Part shown: piece after piece, positions 48,253-57,965 of the stretch | Layout of the letters: the number at the start of each line of letters is the position of its first letter | Position numbering within the stretch: position 1 is the stretch's first letter | Assembly (NCBI GenBank): GCA_964471795.1 | Contig: CAYYHM010000001.1 | Location: 20,780 to 84,779 of the forward strand | Source: an uncultured Chitinophagales bacterium | GTDB taxonomy: Bacteria > Bacteroidota > Bacteroidia > Chitinophagales > S012-47 | DNA length: 64,000 bases | Direction: 5' to 3' | Translations under genes and position numbers: made by a program | The notes under the pieces: generated by a model | Told to the model about the DNA's origin: nothing | What the model saw: only the letters and a program-made list of their open reading frames with translations | Databases searched by the model: none

Positions 48253-49509
48253 ATGAGCTACCTCATCAAAGCAGCCCACATTGTAGACCCGGCATCTCCG
48301 CATCACCATTCTGTTACATCTATCCTCATTGAAAATGGCCTGATTAAGGCAATAGGAGACAACCTGTCAGCGCCGGACGCTGTGGTGTTGGCGGAAGAGG
48401 TGCATGTGTCACCGGGATGGGTGGATTTGTATGCACACTTCTGTGACCCGGGAGAAGAACACAAGGAGGACTTGCACAGTGGAGCGCAAGCAGCCATGAA
48501 GGGTGGGTTTACCGGTGTGCTGATCCGACCGGATACACATCCGGCGATCGACAGCAAAAGCGATATTGAATACATACGCCGCACACATGGATTGCCGGTA
48601 GAAATATGGCCTTCCGGGGCACTTACCCGGTCATGTGCCGGCAAGGAGCCCGCTGAGTTGTATGACCTGCACCAGTCGGGTGCTGTAGCTTTTGGCAACG
48701 GCGAGATTCCACTGGCACAGGGCGGCATGCTATTGCGGGCCTTACAGTATGTGCTGCCATTCAAAGGTGTAGTGCTGTACCGGCCGCACAAGTCGTCGCT
48801 TGGCGATGGCCCGGTGCATGAGAGCGCCATGAGTGTACGCCTGGGATTGAAGGGAAGCCCTTCCATGTCGGAAGAGATGGCCGTTCGGGAAGCGATAGAG
48901 TTAGCGCAGTATACGCAATCACACCTGCACCTGGTGAAGGTAAGTACCGCCGGTAGTGTGGCGCTCATCAAAGCAGCCAAAGCAAATGGTACGCCGGTAA
49001 CCGCCAGTGTAAGTGCGGCCCATCTGTTGTGGGAGGAAGATAAACTGGAGACCTTTGATGAGCTGTACAAACTGTCACCACCCTTGCGAAGTGCGGCTGA
49101 CAGGGCTGCTCTGATACAGGGCGTTATTGATGGCGTAATTGATGTGATTGTAAGCGATCACATGCCACAAGACGATGAAGCCAAAAAGGTGGAGTTCGAA
49201 TACGCTGCACCGGGAATCGCCTCGCTGCCTGCCACCTTCCACATGGCATGGCAGGCACTACAGCCACATACTGATATCGACACCCTTGTTGCCGCTATGG
49301 CCATACGGCCCCGTCAGCTTCTGGGCAGACCTGCGGCTACGATACAAGTGGGCGCAACAGCAAATCTTACTATCTTCCGACCCCGTGAGGAAACCCTGTT
49401 TACGCAGGACAACTGGGCCGGAAAATCCATCAACTATCCTTTGATGCAGCAGACACTGCCCGGCAGGGTAGTTGCTACCGTGTTGGGGAATCTTATCAAC
49501 CAAAACTGA
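48253..49509 (+). CDS. dihydroorotase-like amidohydrolase (HxH motif degenerate)
   Basis: About 418 aa with class I DHOase-like architecture (GWVDLYAHFCDPG, VTASVSAAHLLW, VSDHMP). The track start at 48244 is TTG, and the ATG at 48253 gives MSYLIKAAHIVDP. Confidence 0.75.
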   Translation: MSYLIKAAHIVDPASPHHHSVTSILIENGLIKAIGDNLSAPDAVVLAEEVHVSPGWVDLYAHFCDPGEEHKEDLHSGAQAAMKGGFTGVLIRPDTHPAIDSKSDIEYIRRTHGLPVEIWPSGALTRSCAGKEPAELYDLHQSGAVAFGNGEIPLAQGGMLLRALQYVLPFKGVVLYRPHKSSLGDGPVHESAMSVRLGLKGSPSMSEEMAVREAIELAQYTQSHLHLVKVSTAGSVALIKAAKANGTPVTASVSAAHLLWEEDKLETFDELYKLSPPLRSAADRAALIQGVIDGVIDVIVSDHMPQDDEAKKVEFEYAAPGIASLPATFHMAWQALQPHTDIDTLVAAMAIRPRQLLGRPAATIQVGATANLTIFRPREETLFTQDNWAGKSINYPLMQQTLPGRVVATVLGNLINQN

Positions 49510-49515
49510 TCTACT

Positions 49516-50055
49516 ATGGAACAAAACTTCAATAACATGGAACAAGAAATGCCGCAACCGGCTAAGAGCCCGATGCAGACGGCCATGAAGTATGGATTGA
49601 TTGGCGGTTTGGTATACGTAGCCTTGTCACTGCTCCTTTATTTGATTGACATGCAAGAGGTACAATGGTTGGGTATTCTTGTCAACCTGGCGGTATTATT
49701 TGGAGCAATCTATCTGGCACAAACATTTCATCGAGATAATGAACTGGGCGGGTACATCACCTACGGACGTGCAGTAAGCGTAGGGATGCTTACAGCGCTG
49801 TTTCTGGGAATAGTAGCTGCGGTATATACCGTTTTGTATTTCAACGTGATTAATCCTGCACAGATTGATGAAATCATTCTGGAAGCACGACAAAATATGA
49901 TTGATCAGGGGATGAGCGATGAGGAAATGGAGCAGGCGATGAAGATGACTAGTATGTTCATGCAGCCTTGGTTCTTTGCCATTTCAACCATCTTTAGCCT
50001 GGGTATCATCGGCCTGATCGTGAGTTTGGTTTCATCAGCCTTTACCCGCAAATAA
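49516..50055 (+). CDS. DUF4199-like membrane protein
   Basis: 179 aa with four TM segments and MQTAMKYGLIGGLVYVALSLLLYL. The family name is from memory. Confidence 0.7.
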   Translation: MEQNFNNMEQEMPQPAKSPMQTAMKYGLIGGLVYVALSLLLYLIDMQEVQWLGILVNLAVLFGAIYLAQTFHRDNELGGYITYGRAVSVGMLTALFLGIVAAVYTVLYFNVINPAQIDEIILEARQNMIDQGMSDEEMEQAMKMTSMFMQPWFFAISTIFSLGIIGLIVSLVSSAFTRK

Positions 50056-50064
50056 TACCTGACG

Positions 50065-51009
50065 GTGGTAGATGTATCCATAGTTGTTCCGTTGTACAAT
50101 GAGGAGGAAAGCCTTCCCGAGCTCATAGCCTGGATCGACAGGGTGTGTGCCGGCGAAGGACTGCGGTATGAGGTACTGCTGATTGATGACGGAAGCACCG
50201 ATACGTCCTGGTCTGTTATTGAGCACCTGAGCAACACCTTTGCAGGTGTGAAGGGCATAAAATTCCGCCGGAACTATGGTAAATCAGCAGCCCTGAACAC
50301 CGGATTCCAGGCGGCCACGGGGGAGGTCATCATCACCATGGATGCGGACTTGCAAGATAGTCCTGACGAGATTCCGGAGCTCTGCCGGCTGATCCGTGAA
50401 GAGGGCTACGACCTCGTAAGTGGCTGGAAGCAAAAACGCTACGACCCCATCAGCAAAACCCTGCCCTCCAAGTTCTTCAACTGGATTACCGCACAGATGA
50501 GTGGCATCGCCCTGCATGATTTCAACTGTGGTCTAAAGGCCTACAAACGGCAGGTAATCAAAAGCATCGAGGTGTATGGTGAGATGCATCGCTACATTCC
50601 GGTGATTGCCAAACAAGCCGGCTTCCGGAAGATAGGGGAGAAGGTGGTAGAGCACAGGGCCCGTAAATATGGTGTTACCAAGTTTGGCCTTGAGCGCTTC
50701 ATCAATGGATTCCTGGATCTGCTGAGTGTCCTCTTCATTACCCGGTTTTCACGCAGGCCTATGCACTTCTTCGGCGCACTGGGTACGCTCACCTTTTTCA
50801 TCGGTTTCGTTATCCTGCTATACCTGTCTGTCGGCAAGCTGTTGTATGCCGAATATGGCATGACCAAGCGACCCATTTTCTATTTCGGCTTATTGACGGT
50901 GGTGGTAGGTGTGCAGCTTTTCCTTACCGGTTTCATTGCTGAGTTGGTTTCGCGCAGCGCCAGCGACAGAAACCATTACCTCATCGATCAAAAGCTGAAG
51001 GTAGATTGA
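50065..51009 (+). CDS. family 2 glycosyltransferase (polyprenol-phosphate sugar synthase-like)
   Basis: VSIVVPLYNEEESLPEL, LIDDGSTD, MDADLQD and two C-terminal TM segments. The start codon is GTG. Confidence 0.88.
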   Translation: MVDVSIVVPLYNEEESLPELIAWIDRVCAGEGLRYEVLLIDDGSTDTSWSVIEHLSNTFAGVKGIKFRRNYGKSAALNTGFQAATGEVIITMDADLQDSPDEIPELCRLIREEGYDLVSGWKQKRYDPISKTLPSKFFNWITAQMSGIALHDFNCGLKAYKRQVIKSIEVYGEMHRYIPVIAKQAGFRKIGEKVVEHRARKYGVTKFGLERFINGFLDLLSVLFITRFSRRPMHFFGALGTLTFFIGFVILLYLSVGKLLYAEYGMTKRPIFYFGLLTVVVGVQLFLTGFIAELVSRSASDRNHYLIDQKLKVD

Positions 51010-52142
51010 AAAAGGTAATCCTGTTGGGGCCGGCACACCCGTTTCGGGGTGGTCTTGCCAGTTTCAACGAACGGCTGGCACAGGCTTTCCTGGATACCGG
51101 CCATAGTGTGCAGTTGGTGACATTCACCACACAATATCCCAACGTTCTCTTTCCGGGTAAGACACAATTCACCGATACACCGCCACCGGCACATATCCCG
51201 GTATCCCGGCAGCTCAGCAGCATACAACCCGTATCGTGGTGGCGCACCGGCAGGTGGCTCGCCAACCAGCAAGCCGATATCTTGATTCCAGCGTTTTGGT
51301 TGCCCTTTATGGGGCCTTCGCTGGGGACGGCTTCTATGCTGGCGCATCGCAACGGCAAGACGCGCAATATAGCTTTGGTGCATAACATGATTCCCCATGA
51401 GCATCGCCCCGGTGATCGGTTGTTGTCTGCATACTTCGTGAGGCAGATGGATGGATTTGTCAGCCTCAGCCACAGTGTGCTGGAGGATGTACGTCGGTTT
51501 ACAACTACCAAGCCCGCAGCCTGGTATCCACATCCGGTGTATGATCAGTATGGCCCACGGGTAGACAAGCAATTGGCCTGTCAGCAACTCGGCCTCGATC
51601 CCGAATACAGATACGTGTTATTCTTTGGTTTCATCCGACATTACAAGGGGCTGGACCTGCTGTTGGAGGCATTCCGGCAATCGCCTTTGTCTGCCATGCC
51701 CGACATTCGTTTGCTGATAGCCGGCGAATTCTACGAGGAGGAAAGCAAATATCAGTCCTTGTTGCAGTCGCCCGACCTCAAGGATAGGGTGGTGGCTCAT
51801 ACCCACTATATCAGCGATGAATCGGTGGCCGCCTATTTCAGTGTGGCAGATCTGGTAGCACAGCCCTACCGCAGTGCTACGCAAAGTGGGGTAGCACAGA
51901 TTGCTTACCATTTTGAGGTGCCCATGGTGGTTACCAGTGTGGGTGGATTGCCTGAGATTGTACCTCATCGCAAGGCAGGTTGGGTTGTGGAGCCTACGGC
52001 TACTGATATCAGTGAGGGCATCGCCTCATCGATGGATCCGGATACATTAGCGACACTGCAAAGCGGGGTAAAAAAAGAAAAACAGCGGTTTAGCTGGGAA
52101 GGACTTGTAGATACATTCATCAGCGTAGCCGAGCAAGCCTGA
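51006..52142 (+). CDS. family 4 (GT-B) glycosyltransferase
   Basis: 378 aa with a C-terminal E-x7-E-like region (SGVAQIAYHFEVPMVVTSVGGLPEIV). The TTG start overlaps the upstream TGA (aTTGAaa). Confidence 0.82.
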   Translation: MKKVILLGPAHPFRGGLASFNERLAQAFLDTGHSVQLVTFTTQYPNVLFPGKTQFTDTPPPAHIPVSRQLSSIQPVSWWRTGRWLANQQADILIPAFWLPFMGPSLGTASMLAHRNGKTRNIALVHNMIPHEHRPGDRLLSAYFVRQMDGFVSLSHSVLEDVRRFTTTKPAAWYPHPVYDQYGPRVDKQLACQQLGLDPEYRYVLFFGFIRHYKGLDLLLEAFRQSPLSAMPDIRLLIAGEFYEEESKYQSLLQSPDLKDRVVAHTHYISDESVAAYFSVADLVAQPYRSATQSGVAQIAYHFEVPMVVTSVGGLPEIVPHRKAGWVVEPTATDISEGIASSMDPDTLATLQSGVKKEKQRFSWEGLVDTFISVAEQA

Positions 52143-52177
52143 AATGCCGGTGGCCTATTCCTGCCGCCTGATACTGC

Positions 52178-54592
52178 TTACATGCTCATATCATCCATAT
52201 CGAAGTCGCCATACGGACGACCGGCACGCTTCTTCTTCTGGTTGATGCGATAATTGAAGGATACCAAAAATTGCCTTACACGCCACTGGAAGTCGCTGTT
52301 GAATTGGTATTCCGGTGTGTCGATGATCCAACGGAAGCGGCGGGAATTGAACACGTCACTCACCCGCGCACTCAGGGTGCCATTGCCTGCCAGTACATCT
52401 CGGCTTATGGCAAGGTCTAAGCTCGCCAACGACAGGCTACGTCCTTGTGTGGTCAACTGTGGTGCACTGTAGAAGAATGTAGCCTGCAAATCGTAGGATT
52501 TCATTACTGTCCACTTGCTCATCATCCTGGCAGTCCATGTGTAGGTGTCTCTGGAAAAGTTTTGACCCTCATAGATGCCATCAGTGATAGCACGGTAAAA
52601 GTTCACGTTGCCGTTCATACTCCACCAGGTAGCCGGGCGGTAGGATACGGTGAGTTCAGCGCCGAAATTGTTTTCGGTAGACAGGTTGATTGGAAAAATA
52701 CGTGCAAAACCTGTACTGTCAACCAACGTAATCCGCTCGATCACGTTGCTTCTGTGGCGGTAATACACACTGGCGAAGATGGATCCTTTGCTGAAGAATT
52801 GGATGAAGTTCGTTTCCAGGCTGTGGCTGAATTCAGGGTTCAGATCCGGGTTGCCACTAAAGAAGTTGCGGCTGTCACTGAAGCCGAAGAATGGCAACAA
52901 GGATCGGAATCCCGGCCTATTGATGCGCCGGCTGTAGCTGAATTGCAAGGTGCGTCCCTGCTTCATCTCATAGCCAAGATTGGCGCTTGGGAACAGATTA
53001 AAGAACTCGCGGGGATTGATGGAGCCTGCATCCACCAGCTCCGTTTCCAGGCCGGTATATTCCGCACGAAGCCCAGCCTGTACCGAAATCTTGCCGAATT
53101 TGTTGCCAGCCTGCACATAGCCAGCATGGATGTTCTCTCGATAGATGAAGAAGTTGTCGAAGGCAGGTAACGGCGACCAATCGTCACCGTTGGATAGCTG
53201 CTCTACCAGAAAGTCGTTTTCAATGATACGTACCGTACTGCGCCATCCGGTCTCGAACTTGCCACCCCGGCCAAAGGGATGTACATAATCCGACTGCAAC
53301 AGCCAGGTGCGCTCATCCTCTACATTGCTGCTGCGCTGCGTGATGTCCGGGTAGGCAGGATCATCTAGGGCAAACTCTCTCAGGTCTGCCCGTTCATTAT
53401 CGTCACTGATATTCCGGCGTAAGTCGATCGTAAACACCCGGTCTTGCTGAGGAAAAGTCTTGCGATAAGAAGCACTGATTTCTACATCGTGGCTGGCCTC
53501 ATCTTCTTCTTCGGTTCTGATAACATCCCGAAGCAAGTTGTCGTTGCCGTCAAAGTCACGATAAGTCAGATCTACCTGATTGAGATTGTCACTGAGGCGA
53601 TACAGCAATGCTGTGGTGATGATATTCCTGTCATTAAGGTAGATGTCGCTGCCAAACTGGAAATTGTTGGACAAGCCACCCCGTATCCTGTCTTGGTTGC
53701 GTTCGTAGCTGAAGATGGAATCGCCCAGCGCAAACGACTGAACAGAAGAACCACGCCCCGGACTTTGACGGTAGTTGGCACTAACCGACGTAAACAGGTT
53801 GATCCAGTTCTTCCGGTAGTTCATGTTGAAGCCACCGCCGAGGTTCTCCGGCCATCCGGCATTGATGTCAAAGGAACCGTTAAAGCCATCCCTTCTCTCC
53901 TTCTTCAATACGATGTTGATGATACCTACTTCACCTTCCGCCTCATACCTGGCCGAAGGATTGGTGATGATTTCAATGCTTTCAATCATACTGCCCTGCA
54001 GCTGCCGGAGTGCATCTGATCCGCCTGCACCAACCAGACCCGATGGCTTGCCATCAATTAGGATGCGTACATTCCCGGAGCCACGAAGCTGCACATTGCC
54101 ATCAACGTCAACCGTAACGGATGGTATGTTATCCATGATCTCCAGCACATTCCTACCCAGATTGTTGGGATCCTTGTTTACGTTGAATACCCGCTTATCC
54201 AACATCAGCTCCATCTCAGCACGTTCCCCCTCTACGGTAACTTCTCCCAGGCTGGTAGCTGCTGGTTGTAAGGTGATCATGCCCGCAAATACCGGTTGCG
54301 TTTCTACAGTGATTTCTGCACTCTCGTATTCGCCATAGGACAAAAAAGAGGCTTTGATGAAATACTTGCCTGCCTTGGTGGATAGAAAAAATCCGCCACG
54401 TTCGTTGGTAGTTGTACCATCGACCAGCGTAGAGTCAGGCAGACTGTACAAGGCGATGGTGACGTAGGGTATCGGGTTGTTGTCCTTATCGACGATTCGA
54501 CCGGCAATGCCGGGCCCTTCAGGTCGACCTTGTGGCTGCGACCAGGCAAATAGCGTGGCAAAAACCAATGTAATCGTAAAGAATATCCTCAT
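52178..54592 (-). CDS. TonB-dependent receptor / outer-membrane beta-barrel with CarboxypepD_reg-like N-domain
   Basis: Signal peptide MRIFFTITLVFATLFAWSQ, a carboxypeptidase-regulatory-like domain, a plug (NVLEIMDNIPSVTVDVDGNVQLRGSGNVRILIDGKPSG) and a large barrel. The ATG at 54592 is preferred over the track start at 54673. Confidence 0.85.
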   Translation of the reverse strand: MRIFFTITLVFATLFAWSQPQGRPEGPGIAGRIVDKDNNPIPYVTIALYSLPDSTLVDGTTTNERGGFFLSTKAGKYFIKASFLSYGEYESAEITVETQPVFAGMITLQPAATSLGEVTVEGERAEMELMLDKRVFNVNKDPNNLGRNVLEIMDNIPSVTVDVDGNVQLRGSGNVRILIDGKPSGLVGAGGSDALRQLQGSMIESIEIITNPSARYEAEGEVGIINIVLKKERRDGFNGSFDINAGWPENLGGGFNMNYRKNWINLFTSVSANYRQSPGRGSSVQSFALGDSIFSYERNQDRIRGGLSNNFQFGSDIYLNDRNIITTALLYRLSDNLNQVDLTYRDFDGNDNLLRDVIRTEEEDEASHDVEISASYRKTFPQQDRVFTIDLRRNISDDNERADLREFALDDPAYPDITQRSSNVEDERTWLLQSDYVHPFGRGGKFETGWRSTVRIIENDFLVEQLSNGDDWSPLPAFDNFFIYRENIHAGYVQAGNKFGKISVQAGLRAEYTGLETELVDAGSINPREFFNLFPSANLGYEMKQGRTLQFSYSRRINRPGFRSLLPFFGFSDSRNFFSGNPDLNPEFSHSLETNFIQFFSKGSIFASVYYRHRSNVIERITLVDSTGFARIFPINLSTENNFGAELTVSYRPATWWSMNGNVNFYRAITDGIYEGQNFSRDTYTWTARMMSKWTVMKSYDLQATFFYSAPQLTTQGRSLSLASLDLAISRDVLAGNGTLSARVSDVFNSRRFRWIIDTPEYQFNSDFQWRVRQFLVSFNYRINQKKKRAGRPYGDFDMDDMSM

Positions 54593-54719
54593 GTAGTGCG
54601 TTGATTGCTGACTCCTGATAAAGAATAAAGTGTACAAAAGGTTCAGCCGGAACAAATTTCCGAATTTAGACACGGAATTGAGTTGCAGGTTACTTGCAGC
54701 AACGTTAAGATTGGTTAAT

Positions 54720-55964
54720 ATGTCCGGATATCCCTACACAGTATTGAATCGCTTCCTTCACTATGTGACGATCGACACACAGTCGGATCCGAATTCATCA
54801 TCCGTTCCCTCCACCGAAAAGCAAAAAGATCTCAGCAGGCTGCTTGTGCAGGAACTGCAGTCCATGGGTATCAGCGATGCACAGATGGATGACAAGGGGT
54901 ACGTATATGCCACCTTGCCTGCCAACACCGCTGAGCAAGTGCCGGTGATCTGCTTTTGCAGCCACGTGGATACCAGCCCAGAGACTTCCGGTGCGCAGGT
55001 GAAACCGGTGATACACAAAAACTATGACGGCGGCATACTGCAACTGCCGGACAATGTGGATGTGGTGATAGATCCGCAAGCACATCCGTATCTCACAGCG
55101 TGTGTTGGGCATGATATTGTTACAGCCAGCGGCAACACCCTGTTGGGTGCCGACAACAAGGCGGGTGTAGCAGAAATCATGGACATGGTACATTACTTTA
55201 CCACACATCCTGAAGTGCCTCATGGTACGGTAAAGATCCTGTTTACACCCGATGAGGAAATCGGCCGAGGAGCCGACCATGTGGATATACAAAAGTTAGG
55301 AGCCGATTTCGGCTACACCGTTGATGGTAAGGACAGAGGTGAGTTGGAAGACGAAACCTTTTCTGCTGATATGGTGCACATCACTATCCATGGCGTTAAT
55401 ATCCATCCCGGTTTTGCCAAGGGTACCATGGAGAATGCACTGAAGATAGCAGCACGGTTCCTGGCAAGTTTGCCGGAAGATTCCTGGTCACCGGAGACTA
55501 CCGAAGGTAGGGAGGGATTTGTGCATCCCTATGAAGTAAAGGGTGGTGTAGAAAAGGTTGAGATCACCTTCATCATCCGGTCCTTTGCCGACGAAGAGCT
55601 ACCGCTCTTCGCCCAGCGGCTGGAACAACTCCTGCAGTCTGCCATGGTTGGGTTTCCTAACAGCAAATACGACTTCAAGGTTACACAGCAATACCGGAAT
55701 ATGAAGCGTATCCTGGATAAGCACCCACAAGTGATTGCCTATGCGGAGGAAGCCATGCGGCGTGCCGGTTTAGTTGTCCGGAGAGGTAGTATACGGGGTG
55801 GCACGGATGGATCCCGACTAACCTATATGGGCTTGCCTTGTCCTAATATCTTTGCCGGTGAGCAGTCTTTCCACTCCAAGATGGAATGGATCAGTGTGCA
55901 GGATATGGAGAAGGCAGTTGACACCCTGGTGCAGCTGGTACAGGTATGGTATGAACAGCGTTAA
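54720..55964 (+). CDS. pepT: peptidase T (tripeptide aminopeptidase)
   Basis: VLNRFLHYVTIDTQSDP, CSHVDTSPE, GADNKAGVAEIM and FTPDEEIGRGA. The ATG at 54720 is preferred over the track start at 54630. Confidence 0.92.
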   Translation: MSGYPYTVLNRFLHYVTIDTQSDPNSSSVPSTEKQKDLSRLLVQELQSMGISDAQMDDKGYVYATLPANTAEQVPVICFCSHVDTSPETSGAQVKPVIHKNYDGGILQLPDNVDVVIDPQAHPYLTACVGHDIVTASGNTLLGADNKAGVAEIMDMVHYFTTHPEVPHGTVKILFTPDEEIGRGADHVDIQKLGADFGYTVDGKDRGELEDETFSADMVHITIHGVNIHPGFAKGTMENALKIAARFLASLPEDSWSPETTEGREGFVHPYEVKGGVEKVEITFIIRSFADEELPLFAQRLEQLLQSAMVGFPNSKYDFKVTQQYRNMKRILDKHPQVIAYAEEAMRRAGLVVRRGSIRGGTDGSRLTYMGLPCPNIFAGEQSFHSKMEWISVQDMEKAVDTLVQLVQVWYEQR

Positions 55965-55973
55965 TTCAAAGAC

Positions 55974-56573
55974 ATGGATCGCATAGCAGTCATTAAGTCG
56001 GATATAGCAGCATCAATTGCCGTAAAGCAGTCGCTGATGCAGAACCATGATCTGCAAGTACAGATAGACAAGTCGGCTGATTTCTTGATACAGGCAATCG
56101 CCGGGGGTGGCAGGATCCTCATCTGTGGCAACGGGGGCAGTGCCGCTGACGCCCAGCATATAGCGGCTGAACTCACCGGACGATTCTATAAGGACAGGCC
56201 ACCTATTGATGCCGAAGCACTGCATGTCAATACTTCATACCTCACTGCTGTTGCGAATGACTACGATTTTAATTCGGTGTACGCCCGGTTGGTAGATGCC
56301 AAAGGTAGGGCCGGTGATGCACTGATCGCGATTTCCACAAGTGGCAACAGCCCCAATGTTTTGGCCGCCGCAAAGGCTGCCAGAACAAAGAACATGGCTG
56401 TAATCGGCCTTACCGGGCAGCAGGATAGCCAACTCGCCTCGCTGGCAGATGTACTTGTGCGGGTGCCCTCATCAGACACACCGCGAATCCAGGAATGCCA
56501 TATCCTTGTAGGGCACATCTGGTGCAAGTTGTTGGAATCTCACTTCTTCCCAACAGAATCTGCTGAGTCATGA
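55974..56573 (+). CDS. gmhA: D-sedoheptulose 7-phosphate isomerase (SIS domain)
   Basis: ILICGNGGSAADAQHIAAELTGRF and AISTSGNSPNVL. Confidence 0.88.
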   Translation: MDRIAVIKSDIAASIAVKQSLMQNHDLQVQIDKSADFLIQAIAGGGRILICGNGGSAADAQHIAAELTGRFYKDRPPIDAEALHVNTSYLTAVANDYDFNSVYARLVDAKGRAGDALIAISTSGNSPNVLAAAKAARTKNMAVIGLTGQQDSQLASLADVLVRVPSSDTPRIQECHILVGHIWCKLLESHFFPTESAES

Positions 56574-56953
56574 AACAAGTAACCCTGCTGTTGGCCATAA
56601 TGGGTTTGCTGACACTGCAGGCTCAATACAAACCACTGACCTTTTCTACGGATACCCTTTCTCTGGATGAGGTGGCCCAGCACATTGGTGCCTACAGGGT
56701 GGTGTGTGGTACTGTTTCATCTGTTAGCTTATCCCCCACATCCATAGAAGCTGTTTACCTGATAGGCGTGGGTACACCGGCACAGATATATCTGCAGGTA
56801 TGGGAGTCCGACGCTTCCCGTTGGCATCAGACACCGCCGGTATGGCTTCCGGTAGGAACAGAGATTTGCGTGCAGGGCCAACTCACCACATACGGCAGGT
56901 CGACAAGAATGGAAATCGGGAATCAAGGTCAGATACACAGGAAGGAGAACTAG
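56570..56953 (+). CDS. hypothetical secreted 127-aa protein
   Basis: Signal peptide MKQVTLLLAIMGLLTLQAQ. The start overlaps the gmhA stop (ATGA). I recognise no family. Confidence 0.5.
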   Translation: MKQVTLLLAIMGLLTLQAQYKPLTFSTDTLSLDEVAQHIGAYRVVCGTVSSVSLSPTSIEAVYLIGVGTPAQIYLQVWESDASRWHQTPPVWLPVGTEICVQGQLTTYGRSTRMEIGNQGQIHRKEN

Positions 56954-57279
56954 CGAGGCTTCTTGGCAGCATTCAACCGGTACGACGTATCGATCTGCTG
57001 CCTAAGGAATGCGTCAGACAAGCTTCCATCAACAAGTATGGTGTTCCAGTGAAGCTTGTTCATATGATAGCCGGGTTGGATGGCAGGATGCCTGTCGCGC
57101 AACAAGGCGGCCTCTTCCGGGTCGCACTTTACATTGAACTGCAGCGGAAAAGAATCAAGAGAAGCAATCAGGAACACATGGCCATTCACCTTCATCACCA
57201 ACGTGTCGGGTCCGAATGGCATGGATTCTGTGACGCCCGGTAACATCAGACAGTAGGCCCTGATTTCCTCGATATGCAT
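56950..57279 (-). CDS. MmcQ/YjbR-family protein
   Basis: A 109-aa protein starting MHIEEIRAYCLMLPGVTESMPFGPDTLVMKVNGHVF..., which fits the YjbR-like pattern. Confidence 0.75.
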   Translation of the reverse strand: MHIEEIRAYCLMLPGVTESMPFGPDTLVMKVNGHVFLIASLDSFPLQFNVKCDPEEAALLRDRHPAIQPGYHMNKLHWNTILVDGSLSDAFLRQQIDTSYRLNAAKKPR

Positions 57280-57326
57280 AGCATGCTTTTGGTTGCTTAG
57301 GTAAAGTTGAGCAACTTTGGCGGTAT

Positions 57327-57878
57327 ATGGAAGAACAGTTGCGTCGATTACCTGCTTTGTTCCTAGATCGCGATGGTGTGCTCAACAGGCGAATCATGGG
57401 CGGTTACGTAACCCAATGGCAGCAGTTCGAGTGGCTGCCTGGTGTGTTGGATGCGCTTCGGCTATTAGCGCCTCACTTCTATCCGATTGTTATCGTGAGC
57501 AATCAGCAGGGTGTGGCCAAAGGCCTAATGACGGAAGCGGACCTTGAAGTTGTGAATCAGCAAATGCTGCAGGAGATCACTCAGGCCGGGGGGCGGGTAG
57601 ACAGAATATTTACCTGCACTTCACCGGCAGCAGCGGACGATCCTCGTCGCAAGCCGGGCATAGGCATGTACTTCGATGCTTTAGCAGCCTTTCCAGACCT
57701 GCCATGGCAGCAGAAGATAATGGTAGGGGATACACTATCAGATATGCAATTTGGGCAGGCTGCCGGTATGGAATGTGTATGGATAGATTACGGTATTGAA
57801 GAAATACCCGGTCAATGGTTCAACCATCGATTTTCCGGATTGTTGGATTGGGCATATAGTTGGCTGAACAGGGAGTAA
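57327..57878 (+). CDS. gmhB: D-glycero-D-manno-heptose 1,7-bisphosphate phosphatase (HAD-IIIA)
   Basis: The HAD motif I LFLDRDGVLN, VSNQQGV and a GD motif (VGDTLSD). Confidence 0.85.
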   Translation: MEEQLRRLPALFLDRDGVLNRRIMGGYVTQWQQFEWLPGVLDALRLLAPHFYPIVIVSNQQGVAKGLMTEADLEVVNQQMLQEITQAGGRVDRIFTCTSPAAADDPRRKPGIGMYFDALAAFPDLPWQQKIMVGDTLSDMQFGQAAGMECVWIDYGIEEIPGQWFNHRFSGLLDWAYSWLNRE

Positions 57879-57927
57879 TTCACATCAGAATTACGGAAAA
57901 GCCTCCCAGCCAAAGCCAATCGGTTGG

Positions 57928-57935
57928 TATATTTG
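57928..57935 (+). promoter_or_regulatory. candidate -7 box TATATTTG for sdhCAB
   Basis: Matches TAnnTTTG and lies 30 nt upstream of the ATG at 57966. Confidence 0.4.
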
Positions 57936-57965
57936 TGGCACCGAAAAACAAAATGATTGCACTCA

